From Dehalococcoidia bacterium (lineage in GTDB: Bacteria > Chloroflexota > Dehalococcoidia > UBA2979), in contig OZ244720.1 of assembly GCA_965219085.1 (NCBI GenBank), positions 1,760,001 through 1,824,000 on the forward strand: a DNA stretch of 64,000 bases, read 5' to 3'. This document shows positions 19,638-30,024 of this stretch, piece after piece (the first letter of the stretch is position 1; every line of letters begins with the position of its first letter). Below the pieces are notes generated by a model, which made no database searches, was not told where the DNA came from, and saw nothing but the letters and a program-made list of their open reading frames with translations. The translations under genes were made by a program, and so were the position numbers.

Positions 19638-21045
19638 CGCAGCGACGCTTGCGGCGGCGGAGCGCGCGTTCGTGGTCGCGCCCGCAGGTTGCGGCAAGAC
19701 GGAATTGATCGCCCGAGCGATCGGCATTCAGAATGGTCGCAGCCTTGTCCTTACACACACACACTCTGGAGTGAGCGCCCTCCGCTCGCGTTTGCGCAGG
19801 CTTGGCATACCGCGTGAGAAGTTTCATGTCGCCACGATTGCGGGCTTGGGATTCCAATACGCTGCCGCGTTTCCGTCTCTGTCTGGACTTTCCGTGACCT
19901 CGCCGACAGGTAGCGAGTGGGCGCGAGTTTACGAAGCGGCTATCGAGGGCTTACGACATCGTGCGCTGAGAGACGTTCTCAAGCGGTCGTTCACAGGGGT
20001 CTATGTCGATGAGTATCAGGATTGTAACCTTGCCCAGAACGAAATCGTTCAGGCGATTGCTGAAGTCCTGCCGTGCCGTCTCCTTGGCGATCCCATGCAA
20101 GGAATCTTTGATTTCAACGAACCAACGGTCGACTGGCGAGACGACGTGGTACCGCATTTTGAGCGTCTTCCCGATCTCTCGACGCCATATCGATGGCTGG
20201 ATTCGAATCCAAAGCTAGGGGAGTGGCTTGAGGAAGTGCGAACCCGTCTGATTGCGGGAAGGCCCATCGATTTTCGCGACTCACCCGCCCGCTGGCACCC
20301 GGCGACACGCCCCAATCAAGTCGCGGTCTGCCGGAGAGTAGCTGCCGACGAGACGGGCAGTGTTGTAGCGATTGGCAAGTGGCCGAATGACTGTCACGAT
20401 CTTGCGAGCCAGCTCGGAGGCGCCTACGGGTCGATGGAGGAGCTCGACTGCCGTGGTCTGATGGAGTTTGCTCGGAAACTCGATGACACCGACAGCGGGC
20501 ATCGCTGGGCCACATTGATGATTGACGTTGCCAAGGAATGCTTCACCGTGGTCGGCTCGCGGTTGGCGGCATTCCGCTCGCAGTACGCAGCTGGATCGAC
20601 ACCGCAGACGAAGAGGCTCACCACAAACAAGACGGTTGTCGAGGCCTTCAACCGTGTTGCATCTGAGGCGACAGTAGGCGCGCTCATCGAGGCGAGTCGA
20701 GCCGTGGAACGCATTCCCGGCGCGCGCCTCTATCGGAGAGAGTTGTGGCAGGAGATGAAGACTACACTCCTCACCTGCCGATCAGGCGGGTACGCGAGCA
20801 TCGCGGACGCCGCCTGGTATGTCAGAGACCGTTCACGCCACCACGGGAGACCCACCGAGGATCGAGTCGTTTCGCGGACGCTCTTGGTGAAGGGTCTTGA
20901 GTTCGAGCACGCCATCGTGACGGACGCTGACAAGCTCACCTCCAAGGAACGCTACGTCGCAATGACGCGTGGGCGTACGGGCCTGAGCGTCCTCTCCGCC
21001 GAGCCGGTCTGGCAGAGGGAGCCCGCGGTTAACGTGCTCGACTGA
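19621..21045 (+). CDS. gajB: Short UvrD/SF1 helicase, GajB-like
   Basis: APAGCGKT, VDEYQD, LGDPMQGIF, KGLEF, YVAMTR; overlaps the OLD stop; TTG start at 19621 is inferred. Confidence 0.7.
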   Translation: MPTETDAATLAAAERAFVVAPAGCGKTELIARAIGIQNGRSLVLTHTHSGVSALRSRLRRLGIPREKFHVATIAGLGFQYAAAFPSLSGLSVTSPTGSEWARVYEAAIEGLRHRALRDVLKRSFTGVYVDEYQDCNLAQNEIVQAIAEVLPCRLLGDPMQGIFDFNEPTVDWRDDVVPHFERLPDLSTPYRWLDSNPKLGEWLEEVRTRLIAGRPIDFRDSPARWHPATRPNQVAVCRRVAADETGSVVAIGKWPNDCHDLASQLGGAYGSMEELDCRGLMEFARKLDDTDSGHRWATLMIDVAKECFTVVGSRLAAFRSQYAAGSTPQTKRLTTNKTVVEAFNRVASEATVGALIEASRAVERIPGARLYRRELWQEMKTTLLTCRSGGYASIADAAWYVRDRSRHHGRPTEDRVVSRTLLVKGLEFEHAIVTDADKLTSKERYVAMTRGRTGLSVLSAEPVWQREPAVNVLD

Positions 21046-21138
21046 TCTGTCACCGGCCTGCCGAGCGCGGCCACCGCTGCTGCGGCTCGTCCCCGACGGG
21101 ACCGGACGCCTGCGGGGAAGCATCGCATACTGGCTATC

Positions 21139-22404
21139 GTGCGCGACGAGAGAACGGCGACGCTGATCGACGTGGGCGGAGGCAGGTCTTCGCCCGTCGC
21201 GAACGTGGTCACGCCCCTGCGCGACTACCCCGACTTCCGCGCGCTGTGGTGGAGCACGCTATACGCCTCGAGCGCGTGGTGGGCGCAGAACGTCGTGCTC
21301 GCCTGGCTCGCCTTCGACCTCACCGGCTCCGAGCTCGCGGTCGCCGCTGCGGCGGCGGTCGGGTTCGCGCCGATGCTGCTCGGCCCGCTCGGCGGACTGC
21401 TGGCGGACCGGATGCACCGCCCGAGGCTGCTCATCGGCTCGCAGCTGGTGGCGCTGCTGGCCGGCGTCGTGATCGCCGCGCTGGTCATGTTCGGCCTCGC
21501 CGTGTACTGGCACGTGCTCGTCGCGGGCGCGCTGGTCGGGCTGACGATGGCGCCGCTGCAGCCGGTGCGCTTCACGCTCACCATGGACCTCGTGGGCGAG
21601 CGCCGCGTGTCGAGCGCGAACGCGGTCAGCGCCGTCGGGATGCTCGGCAGCCGCGTGGTCGCCCCGGCGATTGCCGGGGCGCTCATCGCGCGCTACGGCG
21701 CCGACGTCGCGCTGTGGTTCAGCGCGGCGTGGTACATCCCGGCCTGCTGGGTGCTCGTGCGCCTCGACGACGACCGCCGGGCGGGGAGCGCGAACGCGGT
21801 GATGGTGCTGGGCGAGATCGCGCAGGCGTTCCGCCACGCGCTGGCGAACCGCGCGCTGCGCGCGCTGCTCGTCGTGACGGTGCTGGCGAACACCTTCGCG
21901 TGGCCGGTGATCCTCGGCTTCCTGCCCGTCTTCGCCGAGGAGGTCTTCGACGTCGGGCCGGCAGGACTGGGTCTGATCGTCGGGGTGAACGGGATGGGCG
22001 CGCTGATCGGCGCGGTCGGGATCGCGTCGCTGGGCGACTTCCGCTCGAAGGGGCTGCTCTACCTGGTGGCGACGGCGCTGTTCGGGGTGGCGCTTTCGGC
22101 GTTCGCGGTCAGCGGCGTGTTCGGGCTGGCGCTCGTGCTGGTCTTCATCGCGGGTGCCGGCAGCGCGGGCTTCGGGGTGATGCAGAGCACGCTCACAATG
22201 CTGCTCGCGCCCCCCGAGGCGCGAGGCCGCGTGCTCGGCGTGCTGATGCTCTCGATCGGCGTCCTGCCGGGCGCGATGCTGGTACATGGCGCGGTTGCCT
22301 CCTCGATTGGCGTGGTCGCGACGACGGCCGTTTCTGGCGTGCTCCTCGGCGTGCTGACGATGGCGGTAGCGGCGTCCTCGCCGGAGTTGCGCAGGGCAGG
22401 CTGA
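21139..22404 (+). CDS. MFS transporter
   Basis: About 12 hydrophobic segments; GGLLADRMHRPR motif A; PEARGRVLG. Confidence 0.9.
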   Translation: MRDERTATLIDVGGGRSSPVANVVTPLRDYPDFRALWWSTLYASSAWWAQNVVLAWLAFDLTGSELAVAAAAAVGFAPMLLGPLGGLLADRMHRPRLLIGSQLVALLAGVVIAALVMFGLAVYWHVLVAGALVGLTMAPLQPVRFTLTMDLVGERRVSSANAVSAVGMLGSRVVAPAIAGALIARYGADVALWFSAAWYIPACWVLVRLDDDRRAGSANAVMVLGEIAQAFRHALANRALRALLVVTVLANTFAWPVILGFLPVFAEEVFDVGPAGLGLIVGVNGMGALIGAVGIASLGDFRSKGLLYLVATALFGVALSAFAVSGVFGLALVLVFIAGAGSAGFGVMQSTLTMLLAPPEARGRVLGVLMLSIGVLPGAMLVHGAVASSIGVVATTAVSGVLLGVLTMAVAASSPELRRAG

Positions 22405-22503
22405 GGCCGCGGCCTCGGCGCACCGGGGTCGCATCGGTTCCGGATTACCGATAGTTGCGGGGCGGGTTATCGTGGTTGCGGGACGAGAAGCGGGACCCTC
22501 GGC

Positions 22504-23292
22504 ATGCGTGCAGCAGCCATCCTGTTGGTAGTCGCCATCCTGGGCGTGACGGGCTGTAGCGAGTCCCCCGCGGACCCGGACGCGGCTGTCGCGGACACCC
22601 GGGCGCCCGCAGCCGAGACCGGGGCTTCGAGCACCGACACCGGCCGTCCCGCGACCGCGACTCCTGCACAGACTGCGGCCCCTGCACAGACTGCCGCGCC
22701 GGCGACACCGGCTGCGACCGCGACGACCATGACGGCCACGCCTGAGCCAACGCGGGCCTCGGTGGTTGCGGTAATCGTAGAGACCGCTAGCCCGGCGACA
22801 GCGACGAGGGCCGAGGAGCCGGACGAGGATCCGAAGGGCGCCTCCGAGCTCACGCCGCGGGACCCGAAGCCACCTCGGCCCCAGCCCACCGCGGCTGCCG
22901 CGGCCGTGGCGGGAGCGAGCGCGGACAGCGCCACCACGGAGAAGGAAGAGCGACCGTACATCTGGTACGACGGCGACCGCACCATGACAGTCTGGCTGGA
23001 CGCGGAGGATCCTGGGCCCGTGTTCCGCACATCGTCCGGCTCGTTGATGACGCTGCCTGGCGGAGTGCTCCTCAAGCTCGACGGCTCGTGGGATGAGACG
23101 AGGGTCGTGAGCTTCTTCGCAGCGCATGACATCGAGCGGAGCCGAGTCACCGAGCGGTCGTTCGGCGTGAACGCCTTCTTTGTGGAGACCGCCCCCGGCT
23201 TCGCGTCGCTCGACCTGGCAAACGCGCTCGCCGTGCAGGACGGGGTCCTGATCTCGAGCCCGAACTGGCGGAGGGAAGTCACGACGCGGTGA
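22504..23292 (+). CDS. Lipoprotein with C-terminal subtilase-propeptide / external-chaperone-like domain
   Basis: Lipobox VTGC, Thr/Ala/Pro linker, then GGVLLKL..NAFFVET..SLDLANALA..VLISSPNWRREVTTR; stop overlaps the protease start (GTGA). Confidence 0.6.
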   Translation: MRAAAILLVVAILGVTGCSESPADPDAAVADTRAPAAETGASSTDTGRPATATPAQTAAPAQTAAPATPAATATTMTATPEPTRASVVAVIVETASPATATRAEEPDEDPKGASELTPRDPKPPRPQPTAAAAAVAGASADSATTEKEERPYIWYDGDRTMTVWLDAEDPGPVFRTSSGSLMTLPGGVLLKLDGSWDETRVVSFFAAHDIERSRVTERSFGVNAFFVETAPGFASLDLANALAVQDGVLISSPNWRREVTTR

Positions 23293-26200
23293 GATGGCTG
23301 TCACTGCTGGCAGGCTGTGCCGCGATCTGCCTCCTGATCGTCGCCGGCCGGGCGTGGGCGCAGGGCACGCTCGGGGCGCCCTCCATCACGCAAGTATTCA
23401 CTGGCACGAACTACATCGATGTGTTCTGGAGCGCCCCGGCCGACAATGGCGGCTCCACGATTGTCGCCTACGACCTCCACTACATCCGCAGCGACCATCC
23501 GGACAAGACCGACGACGCCAACTGGACCCTCGAGGAGGACGTGTGGGAAACCGGTGACAGTGCCCTCGCCCACGACCTGAAGGGCCTGCCCGACGGCACG
23601 AAGTACGACTTGCAGGTGCGCGCGGACAACGGCAGTGACGGCCCCTGGTCCGACACACGCGAGGTGTCGACGAACGACCATTCCAATACACGGTCCGGCG
23701 CGACCACGCTCTCCCCCGGCTCCTCGGTGCGCGGCAGCATCGACCCTGCCGATGAAGAGGACTACTTCCGTGTCGTGCTGGGAACCGATGGGGACCTGTG
23801 GGTCTACACCACCGGCAGTGACGACACCGTCGGGGTCGTGCTGAGTACGGGCGGAAGCGTCCTTGCGGGTGACGACGATGGCCAACTCCTGGATGGCCCC
23901 CTCAACTTCTCGATCCGCGAAGAGCTGCTCGCAGGTGCGTACTACGTCCGGGTCACGAGCTTCGATGCCCTCGAGACGGCGTCGTACACGATCCACGCCC
24001 AGTTGGCGACCGACCCGGGCGACACCAAGGACACCGCCACGACCGTCACGCCCGACTCCATCACCCCGGGGCGCATCGGCCCTGAGGGGGGCGTAGACGG
24101 CGATAAGGACTACTTCAAGCTCGAGCTGTCCGCTGCGGCAGATGTCTGGGTGATGGCCGTCGGTGACCTGGACACGGTGGGAGCACTCCTCGATGCCAGC
24201 GAGATGGTGCTCGAGGAAGACGACGACAGCGAGTACATCAATAACGAGACAGGGTTCATGCTCCGTCGCGAGCTCGGAATGGGTACGTACTACGTCCGCG
24301 TCACCAGCTACGACGAGGACGATACCGGGCCGTACACCCTGTTCGTCCGCACCGCGACCGATCCCGGAAGCTCCACCACGACCGCGACGCCGATCACCCT
24401 CGGTACGCCGGAGTCTGGACGGATCCGGCCCAGCAGCGACCAGGACTACTTCAGCCTGACGCTGGACGAGGACACGTACGTGTATATGTACGGTCTCTCG
24501 TTCGGCGGCGCGCTTCCGCTCACCGCGACCGTGACCGACTCATCGAACACGGTGCTCGATGACCTGTACGTCATCGCTCACGAGCACTGGGCTCATAGCG
24601 GACTTCCCGAGGCCAGCTTCGGCGTGTGGGGCAAGCTGGAAGCGGGCACGTACTCCATTCGCGTCCAGGCGCCCTCGGGCGGGACGGGCGGGCCGTACCT
24701 GCTCCACGCACTGGAATCAACCTACGGCCGGACGGTCGAGCGCTGCACCGGCATCACGACTGCCCAGAGCGACCCCTGGTACGGCTGCGCGTGGCACCTC
24801 AACAACACCGGGCAGTTCCCCGGCGGGGCGGGCCACGACATCAACGTCGAGGAGGTCTGGGCCACGACGATGGGCGCGGGCATCAACATCGCCATCGTCG
24901 ACGATGGGTTGCAGTACGCGCACGAAGACCTCGCCGACAACGTCCTCACTGCGCGCAACCACGACTACTTCGGCAGCGACATCTTCGACCCGCTCGAGAC
25001 CCACGGGACGCAGGTGGCGGGCATCATCGCGGCGCGCGACAACGACGTCGGGGTGCGCGGGGTGGCGCCGAGGGCGAGCATCTACGGCTACAACCTGATC
25101 GACCGAGGCCGTGCCGACGCCGTCGATGAGGAGGACGCCATGACCCGCCACATGGGCGATACAGCGGTCTCCAACCACAGCTGGGGTCCGACCGATGTCC
25201 TCGGCTTCGCGTACGCCGCGGCGGTAGACGCGATCCTCAACGGCGTGACGAGCGGCTTCGGCGGCAAGGGTGTGTTCTACGCGTTTGCCGCGGGGAACGA
25301 CTTCATCGGGGGCTTCGACGGCAACCTCAACGAGTACGCGAACCACTACGGTGTGACCGCCGTCTGCGCGGTGAACTACAACGATGTGCGGGCCACCTAT
25401 TCGGAGACGGGCCCGCACCTCTGGGTCTGCGCTCCGTCGAGGGACCGGACGCTGAGCCTGCCCGGGATTGCGACGACGCGGAACGGCGACCGCTACACGG
25501 ACTCCTTCTCGGGCACCTCGGCCGCTACCCCCATCGTCTCCGGCGTGGCTGCGCTCGTGCGCGCAACCAACACCAGCCTGACCTGGCGCGACGTCAAGCT
25601 CATCCTCGCCGCCTCCGGGCGCAAGAACGACACCGGCGACCGCGGTACCGGCACCCCTTACAGCGGCTGGGAGTCGGGCGCACTGCAGTACGGCTCGACG
25701 ACCCGGCGCTACCAGTTCAACCATCAGTACGGGTTCGGCGTGGTCGACGCCGGCGCTGCCGTCGCCCTGGCCGATGGCTGGACGAAGGCGCCCGAACTCC
25801 GCGAGATCGAGGTGGAGTCTGGCGACCTGGAGCTGGCGCTACCCGAGTCTCCGTCGTTCGGTAGCGGCACGACCGTCTCGACCACCCTCACGGTCGATTC
25901 ATGGGTAGGGTTCACCGAGTTCGTTGAGATCAACGCTACGTTCGACCACCCGTCCTTCCGCGACGTCCGGATCGACCTCGTATCGCCCTCGGGCGCCAGA
26001 TCGCAGCTGGTCCGTGCCGTGCGACGGACCCTCCCTCGCTCCGACGGCACGACCGAGAAGCTCACCGCCGCGTTGACCACGAGGTTCCGATTCGGCTCGG
26101 CTCGGCATCTTGGCGAGAACGCCGCCGGCACATGGACGTTGCAGATCATCGACCTCGTCCCGGCAGACGCCGGCATGCTGAAGTCGTGGAGCCTCAAGGT

Positions 26201-29200
26201 CTACGGGCACGGCTTCACCCCCGCGGCGCCCACGGTCAGGACGACACCGGTGAACCGTGCGCTCGCGGTGGAGTGGACCGCCCCGGCCGACACCGGCGGG
26301 TCAGACATCACCGCCTACGACGTGCGTTACGTGCCGGAGAGCTCTACCGACGGTTCCTGGAGGGTCGTGAGCAACGCCTGGCGCACCGGCGGTGGCGACC
26401 TCCGCTACGTCATCCGCAACCTCGCGAACGACCAGGAATACGACGTGCAGGTGCGCGCGGTGAACGACTCGGGGCGTGGGCGGTGGTCGGAGAGCGTCGA
26501 CGGCAAGCCGGAAGAGGTCAACAGCGATCCCGAGTTCCCCGGGAGCGAGACCGGCGAACGCAGCGTCGACGAGAACACGCTGGCGGGCCGCAATGTCGGA
26601 GCCCCCGTGGCCGCGCGTGACGATGACAATGATGCGCGCACCTACACGCTCAGTGGCAACGCCGCGAGCGTCTTCGACATCGTCGAAGGCACAGGTCAGC
26701 TGCGGACCACCACGGAGCCCCTCAACCACGAGGATACGGATACCTACACCGGCGCCGTCGCGGTCACCGACGGCAAGAACATGGTCGGAGAGGCCGACCC
26801 GGACATCGACAACACCATTGTCGTCACAATCACCGTTGGTGATGTCGACGAGGCCCCGGAGATCACGGGCCTGTCCAGCGTCGATGTACCTGAGGACAGT
26901 CGCCGTGTCGTCGGCTTGTACAGCCCGACCGACCCTGAAGGCGAAGTAGTCGGGCTGTCGCTGAAGGGTACGGATCAGGACGACTTCGAACTCGATGGTG
27001 GTGTGCTTCGCTTCCTGGCTGCGCCCGACTACGAGGCGTCGACAGACTCGAACCGGGACAACGTGTACCTCGTGACTCTGGAGGCTTCGGACGGCGCCCT
27101 GAAGAGCACCCTCAGCGTCACGGTGAACGTCGAGAACCTCGAGGAACGCGGGACAGTGACGCTGCCGTCGCAGCCCCAGGAGCGCACGCCATTCACTGCC
27201 TCGTTGACCGACCCCGACGGTCGCGTCTCGGGCCTGACGTGGGAGTGGGAGCGGTCGTCGAATGGCTTCTCAAACTGGTCCCCCATCGACGCAGCGACGA
27301 GCTCGACGTACACGCCGGACAGCAATGACATAGGCCTGTACCTGCGCGCCACTGCTTCGTACGCGGACGGGCTTGGCAGCGGAAAGAGCGCCGACGCGAC
27401 ATCGGACAGCGCGGTGCGGGCAGCACCAGTGACGAATCAGGCTCCCGATTTCCTGTCGACTGAGACCGGCCAGCGCAGCGTCCTCGAGAACACCCAGGAC
27501 GGGGTACCCATTGGCTCCCGCGTGGAGGCCATCGACGATGATGTCGGCGACACGCTGACCTACACCCTCGATCGCACCGGGTCGACGCTCTTCGACATCG
27601 GCGAGCAGGGACAACTCTTCACGAAGGCAGCGCTCGACCGAGAGCAGCGAGCGAGCTACCGCGTGACGGTCACCGCGACCGATCCATCTCGCGCCTCGGA
27701 CTCGATCGCCGTGACCATCACCATCGAGGATGTCGACGAAGATCCGACGCTCTCGGGCGACAGCGTGTTTACGTTCGCCGAGGGCAGCACCCGCCAGGTG
27801 GGCCGATTCACCGCGACCGATCCCGAACGAGCCGCTATCACGTGGTCGCTGACCGGACGCGACGACAGCCTGTTCAGCTTCACCAACGGGACGCTCGCGT
27901 TCCTCGCGGCGCCCGACTACGAGATGCCCGGGGATGCGGGTGGCGACAACGTGTACGAAGTCACGGCGACCGCCGCCGATCCGGACGGGAACCGCGACTC
28001 CATCGACGTGACCGTGCGGGTCACCGACGTGGATGAGACCCGTCCGCCCCCGCCTCCTCCGCCCCGGATCACCACCTCGTTCGTTGGCTTCGGAGGCGGC
28101 GGCGGTGGGGGGTCTTCCGGGCCCACCCCCAGCGACCAGGACTTCCACTGGAACGTCGACCGGGACATCAAGGAGCTGGACTCCGCCAACGACCGGGCCA
28201 CCGGCCTGTGGTCGGACGGCACGACGCTCTGGGTCGCTGACAACGCGGACGGCGCCGGCGACGCGGTCTACGCTTACGACCTCGAGACCGGCGAGCGGGT
28301 GGAGGACCGCGAGTTCGCCCTCGACAAGACCAACCTTGCGCCACGGGGTTTCTGGTCCGACCGCACTGTCGTCTGGGTCTCCGACAGCGGGAGGGAACGC
28401 CTCTTCGCGTACGACCTCGAGAGCGGCGAGCGGGTGGAGGACCGCGAGTTCGAACTCGCCCGGCGCAACCGCGACTCCCGTGGCATCTGGTCGGACGGCG
28501 TGACGATGTGGGTGCTGGACGACCGCAACGACGCCCTCTTCGCGTACGACCTCGACAGCGGCGAACTCATCGCGGAGTACGAACTCGACTCCGACAACAA
28601 CCGCCCGCACGGCGTGTGGTCCGATCGCTTCACTATCTGGGTCTCCGACCACGACCGGAAACGGCTCCTCGCCTACCGGCTGCCCAGGCGCGAGGAGGCA
28701 GAGGACGTCGACGAGGATGACACCGGGGAGCTCGAGCGCGTCAGCGACGAGGACTTCAGGCGACTGAGCCGCGCCTCCAACAACAGCCCGCGTGGCATCT
28801 GGTCTGACGGCGAGGTGATGTACGTGGCGGACCAGAGCGACGACAAGGTCTACACGTACAACATGCCCGATGCCATCGACGCCCGTCTCTCGACGCTGAC
28901 ACTGAGTGACATCGACATCGGCGAGTTCTCGCCCGGCCGGACCGAGTATGCCGGCGTCGCCGCCGAGGGCGCGACGGAGACCACGGTGGAGGCGACGGCG
29001 GTGCAGGACGACGCTACCGTCGCCATCGAGCTCTCGCGTGCCGGCGCGGAGACCGACGGCCAGCAGGCAGCGGCAGACGGGGGCGTCACGGTCATCGTGA
29101 CAGTGACCTCGGCGGATGGCACCCGTATCAGGACCTACCGCGTCAACATCGGCACCGTGGCGGACCCGAAGCCCTCCGGCGACTGCCTGGTTGGGCTCAC

Positions 29201-29441
29201 CGAAGGCCGGTTCAGCAGCGTCACCTACGAGGGCGGCGCCGTCGCCGATCTCGAGGCGTGCGCTCGCCACCTCGGCATCTCGGCCCTCTACGTGCTCGTC
29301 GAAGCGCGGTATGTATCGCTGATCCTGGGGGCGCCGGACTTCGTCAACCGGTGGTTTGTCGAGCGGTTCAGCGACGGGGTGCCCGCCGGAACCTCGATGC
29401 TCGCGCAGCGAAGCGTGCCGGAACCGGTCACCACGCCCTAG
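23289..29441 (+). CDS. Giant secreted kexin-like S8 protease: signal peptide, FN3, 3 PPC-like domains, S8, P-domain, FN3, cadherin-like repeats, beta-propeller-like repeats
   Basis: Catalytic motifs AIVDDG / THGTQVAG / AAGND / FSGTSAATP; FNHQYGFG; P-domain LVSPSG..GENAAGTWTL; FN3 WSAPADNGGS..YDLQVRA; PDYE and LDRE cadherin motifs. Confidence 0.9.
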   Translation: MRWLSLLAGCAAICLLIVAGRAWAQGTLGAPSITQVFTGTNYIDVFWSAPADNGGSTIVAYDLHYIRSDHPDKTDDANWTLEEDVWETGDSALAHDLKGLPDGTKYDLQVRADNGSDGPWSDTREVSTNDHSNTRSGATTLSPGSSVRGSIDPADEEDYFRVVLGTDGDLWVYTTGSDDTVGVVLSTGGSVLAGDDDGQLLDGPLNFSIREELLAGAYYVRVTSFDALETASYTIHAQLATDPGDTKDTATTVTPDSITPGRIGPEGGVDGDKDYFKLELSAAADVWVMAVGDLDTVGALLDASEMVLEEDDDSEYINNETGFMLRRELGMGTYYVRVTSYDEDDTGPYTLFVRTATDPGSSTTTATPITLGTPESGRIRPSSDQDYFSLTLDEDTYVYMYGLSFGGALPLTATVTDSSNTVLDDLYVIAHEHWAHSGLPEASFGVWGKLEAGTYSIRVQAPSGGTGGPYLLHALESTYGRTVERCTGITTAQSDPWYGCAWHLNNTGQFPGGAGHDINVEEVWATTMGAGINIAIVDDGLQYAHEDLADNVLTARNHDYFGSDIFDPLETHGTQVAGIIAARDNDVGVRGVAPRASIYGYNLIDRGRADAVDEEDAMTRHMGDTAVSNHSWGPTDVLGFAYAAAVDAILNGVTSGFGGKGVFYAFAAGNDFIGGFDGNLNEYANHYGVTAVCAVNYNDVRATYSETGPHLWVCAPSRDRTLSLPGIATTRNGDRYTDSFSGTSAATPIVSGVAALVRATNTSLTWRDVKLILAASGRKNDTGDRGTGTPYSGWESGALQYGSTTRRYQFNHQYGFGVVDAGAAVALADGWTKAPELREIEVESGDLELALPESPSFGSGTTVSTTLTVDSWVGFTEFVEINATFDHPSFRDVRIDLVSPSGARSQLVRAVRRTLPRSDGTTEKLTAALTTRFRFGSARHLGENAAGTWTLQIIDLVPADAGMLKSWSLKVYGHGFTPAAPTVRTTPVNRALAVEWTAPADTGGSDITAYDVRYVPESSTDGSWRVVSNAWRTGGGDLRYVIRNLANDQEYDVQVRAVNDSGRGRWSESVDGKPEEVNSDPEFPGSETGERSVDENTLAGRNVGAPVAARDDDNDARTYTLSGNAASVFDIVEGTGQLRTTTEPLNHEDTDTYTGAVAVTDGKNMVGEADPDIDNTIVVTITVGDVDEAPEITGLSSVDVPEDSRRVVGLYSPTDPEGEVVGLSLKGTDQDDFELDGGVLRFLAAPDYEASTDSNRDNVYLVTLEASDGALKSTLSVTVNVENLEERGTVTLPSQPQERTPFTASLTDPDGRVSGLTWEWERSSNGFSNWSPIDAATSSTYTPDSNDIGLYLRATASYADGLGSGKSADATSDSAVRAAPVTNQAPDFLSTETGQRSVLENTQDGVPIGSRVEAIDDDVGDTLTYTLDRTGSTLFDIGEQGQLFTKAALDREQRASYRVTVTATDPSRASDSIAVTITIEDVDEDPTLSGDSVFTFAEGSTRQVGRFTATDPERAAITWSLTGRDDSLFSFTNGTLAFLAAPDYEMPGDAGGDNVYEVTATAADPDGNRDSIDVTVRVTDVDETRPPPPPPPRITTSFVGFGGGGGGGSSGPTPSDQDFHWNVDRDIKELDSANDRATGLWSDGTTLWVADNADGAGDAVYAYDLETGERVEDREFALDKTNLAPRGFWSDRTVVWVSDSGRERLFAYDLESGERVEDREFELARRNRDSRGIWSDGVTMWVLDDRNDALFAYDLDSGELIAEYELDSDNNRPHGVWSDRFTIWVSDHDRKRLLAYRLPRREEAEDVDEDDTGELERVSDEDFRRLSRASNNSPRGIWSDGEVMYVADQSDDKVYTYNMPDAIDARLSTLTLSDIDIGEFSPGRTEYAGVAAEGATETTVEATAVQDDATVAIELSRAGAETDGQQAAADGGVTVIVTVTSADGTRIRTYRVNIGTVADPKPSGDCLVGLTEGRFSSVTYEGGAVADLEACARHLGISALYVLVEARYVSLILGAPDFVNRWFVERFSDGVPAGTSMLAQRSVPEPVTTP

Positions 29442-29528
29442 CTGTACTGACTCCGCGCTTCACCCGCACGGGACGCGCCGGGGGCGAAGGCGCGCCTCAC
29501 GCGTCGCCGTCGCCGTGCGTGTCCCAAC

Positions 29529-29556
29529 CTTAACCGCTCGGTTACTGGCGCTTAAC
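29529..29556. promoter_or_regulatory. Putative operator: TAACCG-CT-CGGTTA palindrome with CTTAAC direct repeats 22 bp apart
   Basis: Palindrome at 29531-29544; CTTAAC at 29529 and 29551; AT-richer intergenic patch. Confidence 0.4.
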
Positions 29557-29688
29557 GAATGAGCAGGACGCTGGATGTGGAGGTGTCGCAGCGAGGGGCC
29601 GATGCGCGCTCGGCAGACGGATCGGATGCGGCACCACGAATCGTGAGCACCGCCCCGCGCAGGCGGGGCACGGACAGGAGGAGTACCA

Positions 29689-29829
29689 ATGAAGATCACC
29701 AGCTTCATCGAGGCGGTACGCCGGGCGGACGGGTCGGCGCAGCCGCAGCAACTCTCGCCGCGCGACCTGCAGGTCGCACTCGCGCAGCTATGCGCAGTGG
29801 TGCCGGACCAGTACTTCGGCTTCAACTAG
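29689..29829 (+). CDS. 46-aa small protein not in the ORF track (MKITSFIEAVRRADGSAQPQQLSPRDLQVALAQLCAVVPDQYFGFN)
   Basis: Strong RBS AGGAGG at 29676-29681, ATG at 29689, TAG at 29827; GC3-rich codons. Confidence 0.6.
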   Translation: MKITSFIEAVRRADGSAQPQQLSPRDLQVALAQLCAVVPDQYFGFN

Positions 29830-30024
29830 GGCAGGGCGGGCGCGGGGACAGCGCACGACCGGGGCAGCAGACTTCGCACCGGCATATGCGCTACAGGCGC
29901 GCGAGGTCCGAGCAGGCGGTACGGCCCCGGTGGCGGAAACGTCGCCGGGGCGTCCTGTGTTCGGCAATGATCCCGGGTGCGCGACCGTCGGCCGCGGCGG
30001 GCCGGAGCCTGGGCTCTACCAGCC

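Noticed and set aside
17781-21081. CGCTGCT direct repeat as att sites of the Gabija-like island
   Set aside because: A 7-bp GC-rich match is expected by chance, and there is no integrase or tRNA.
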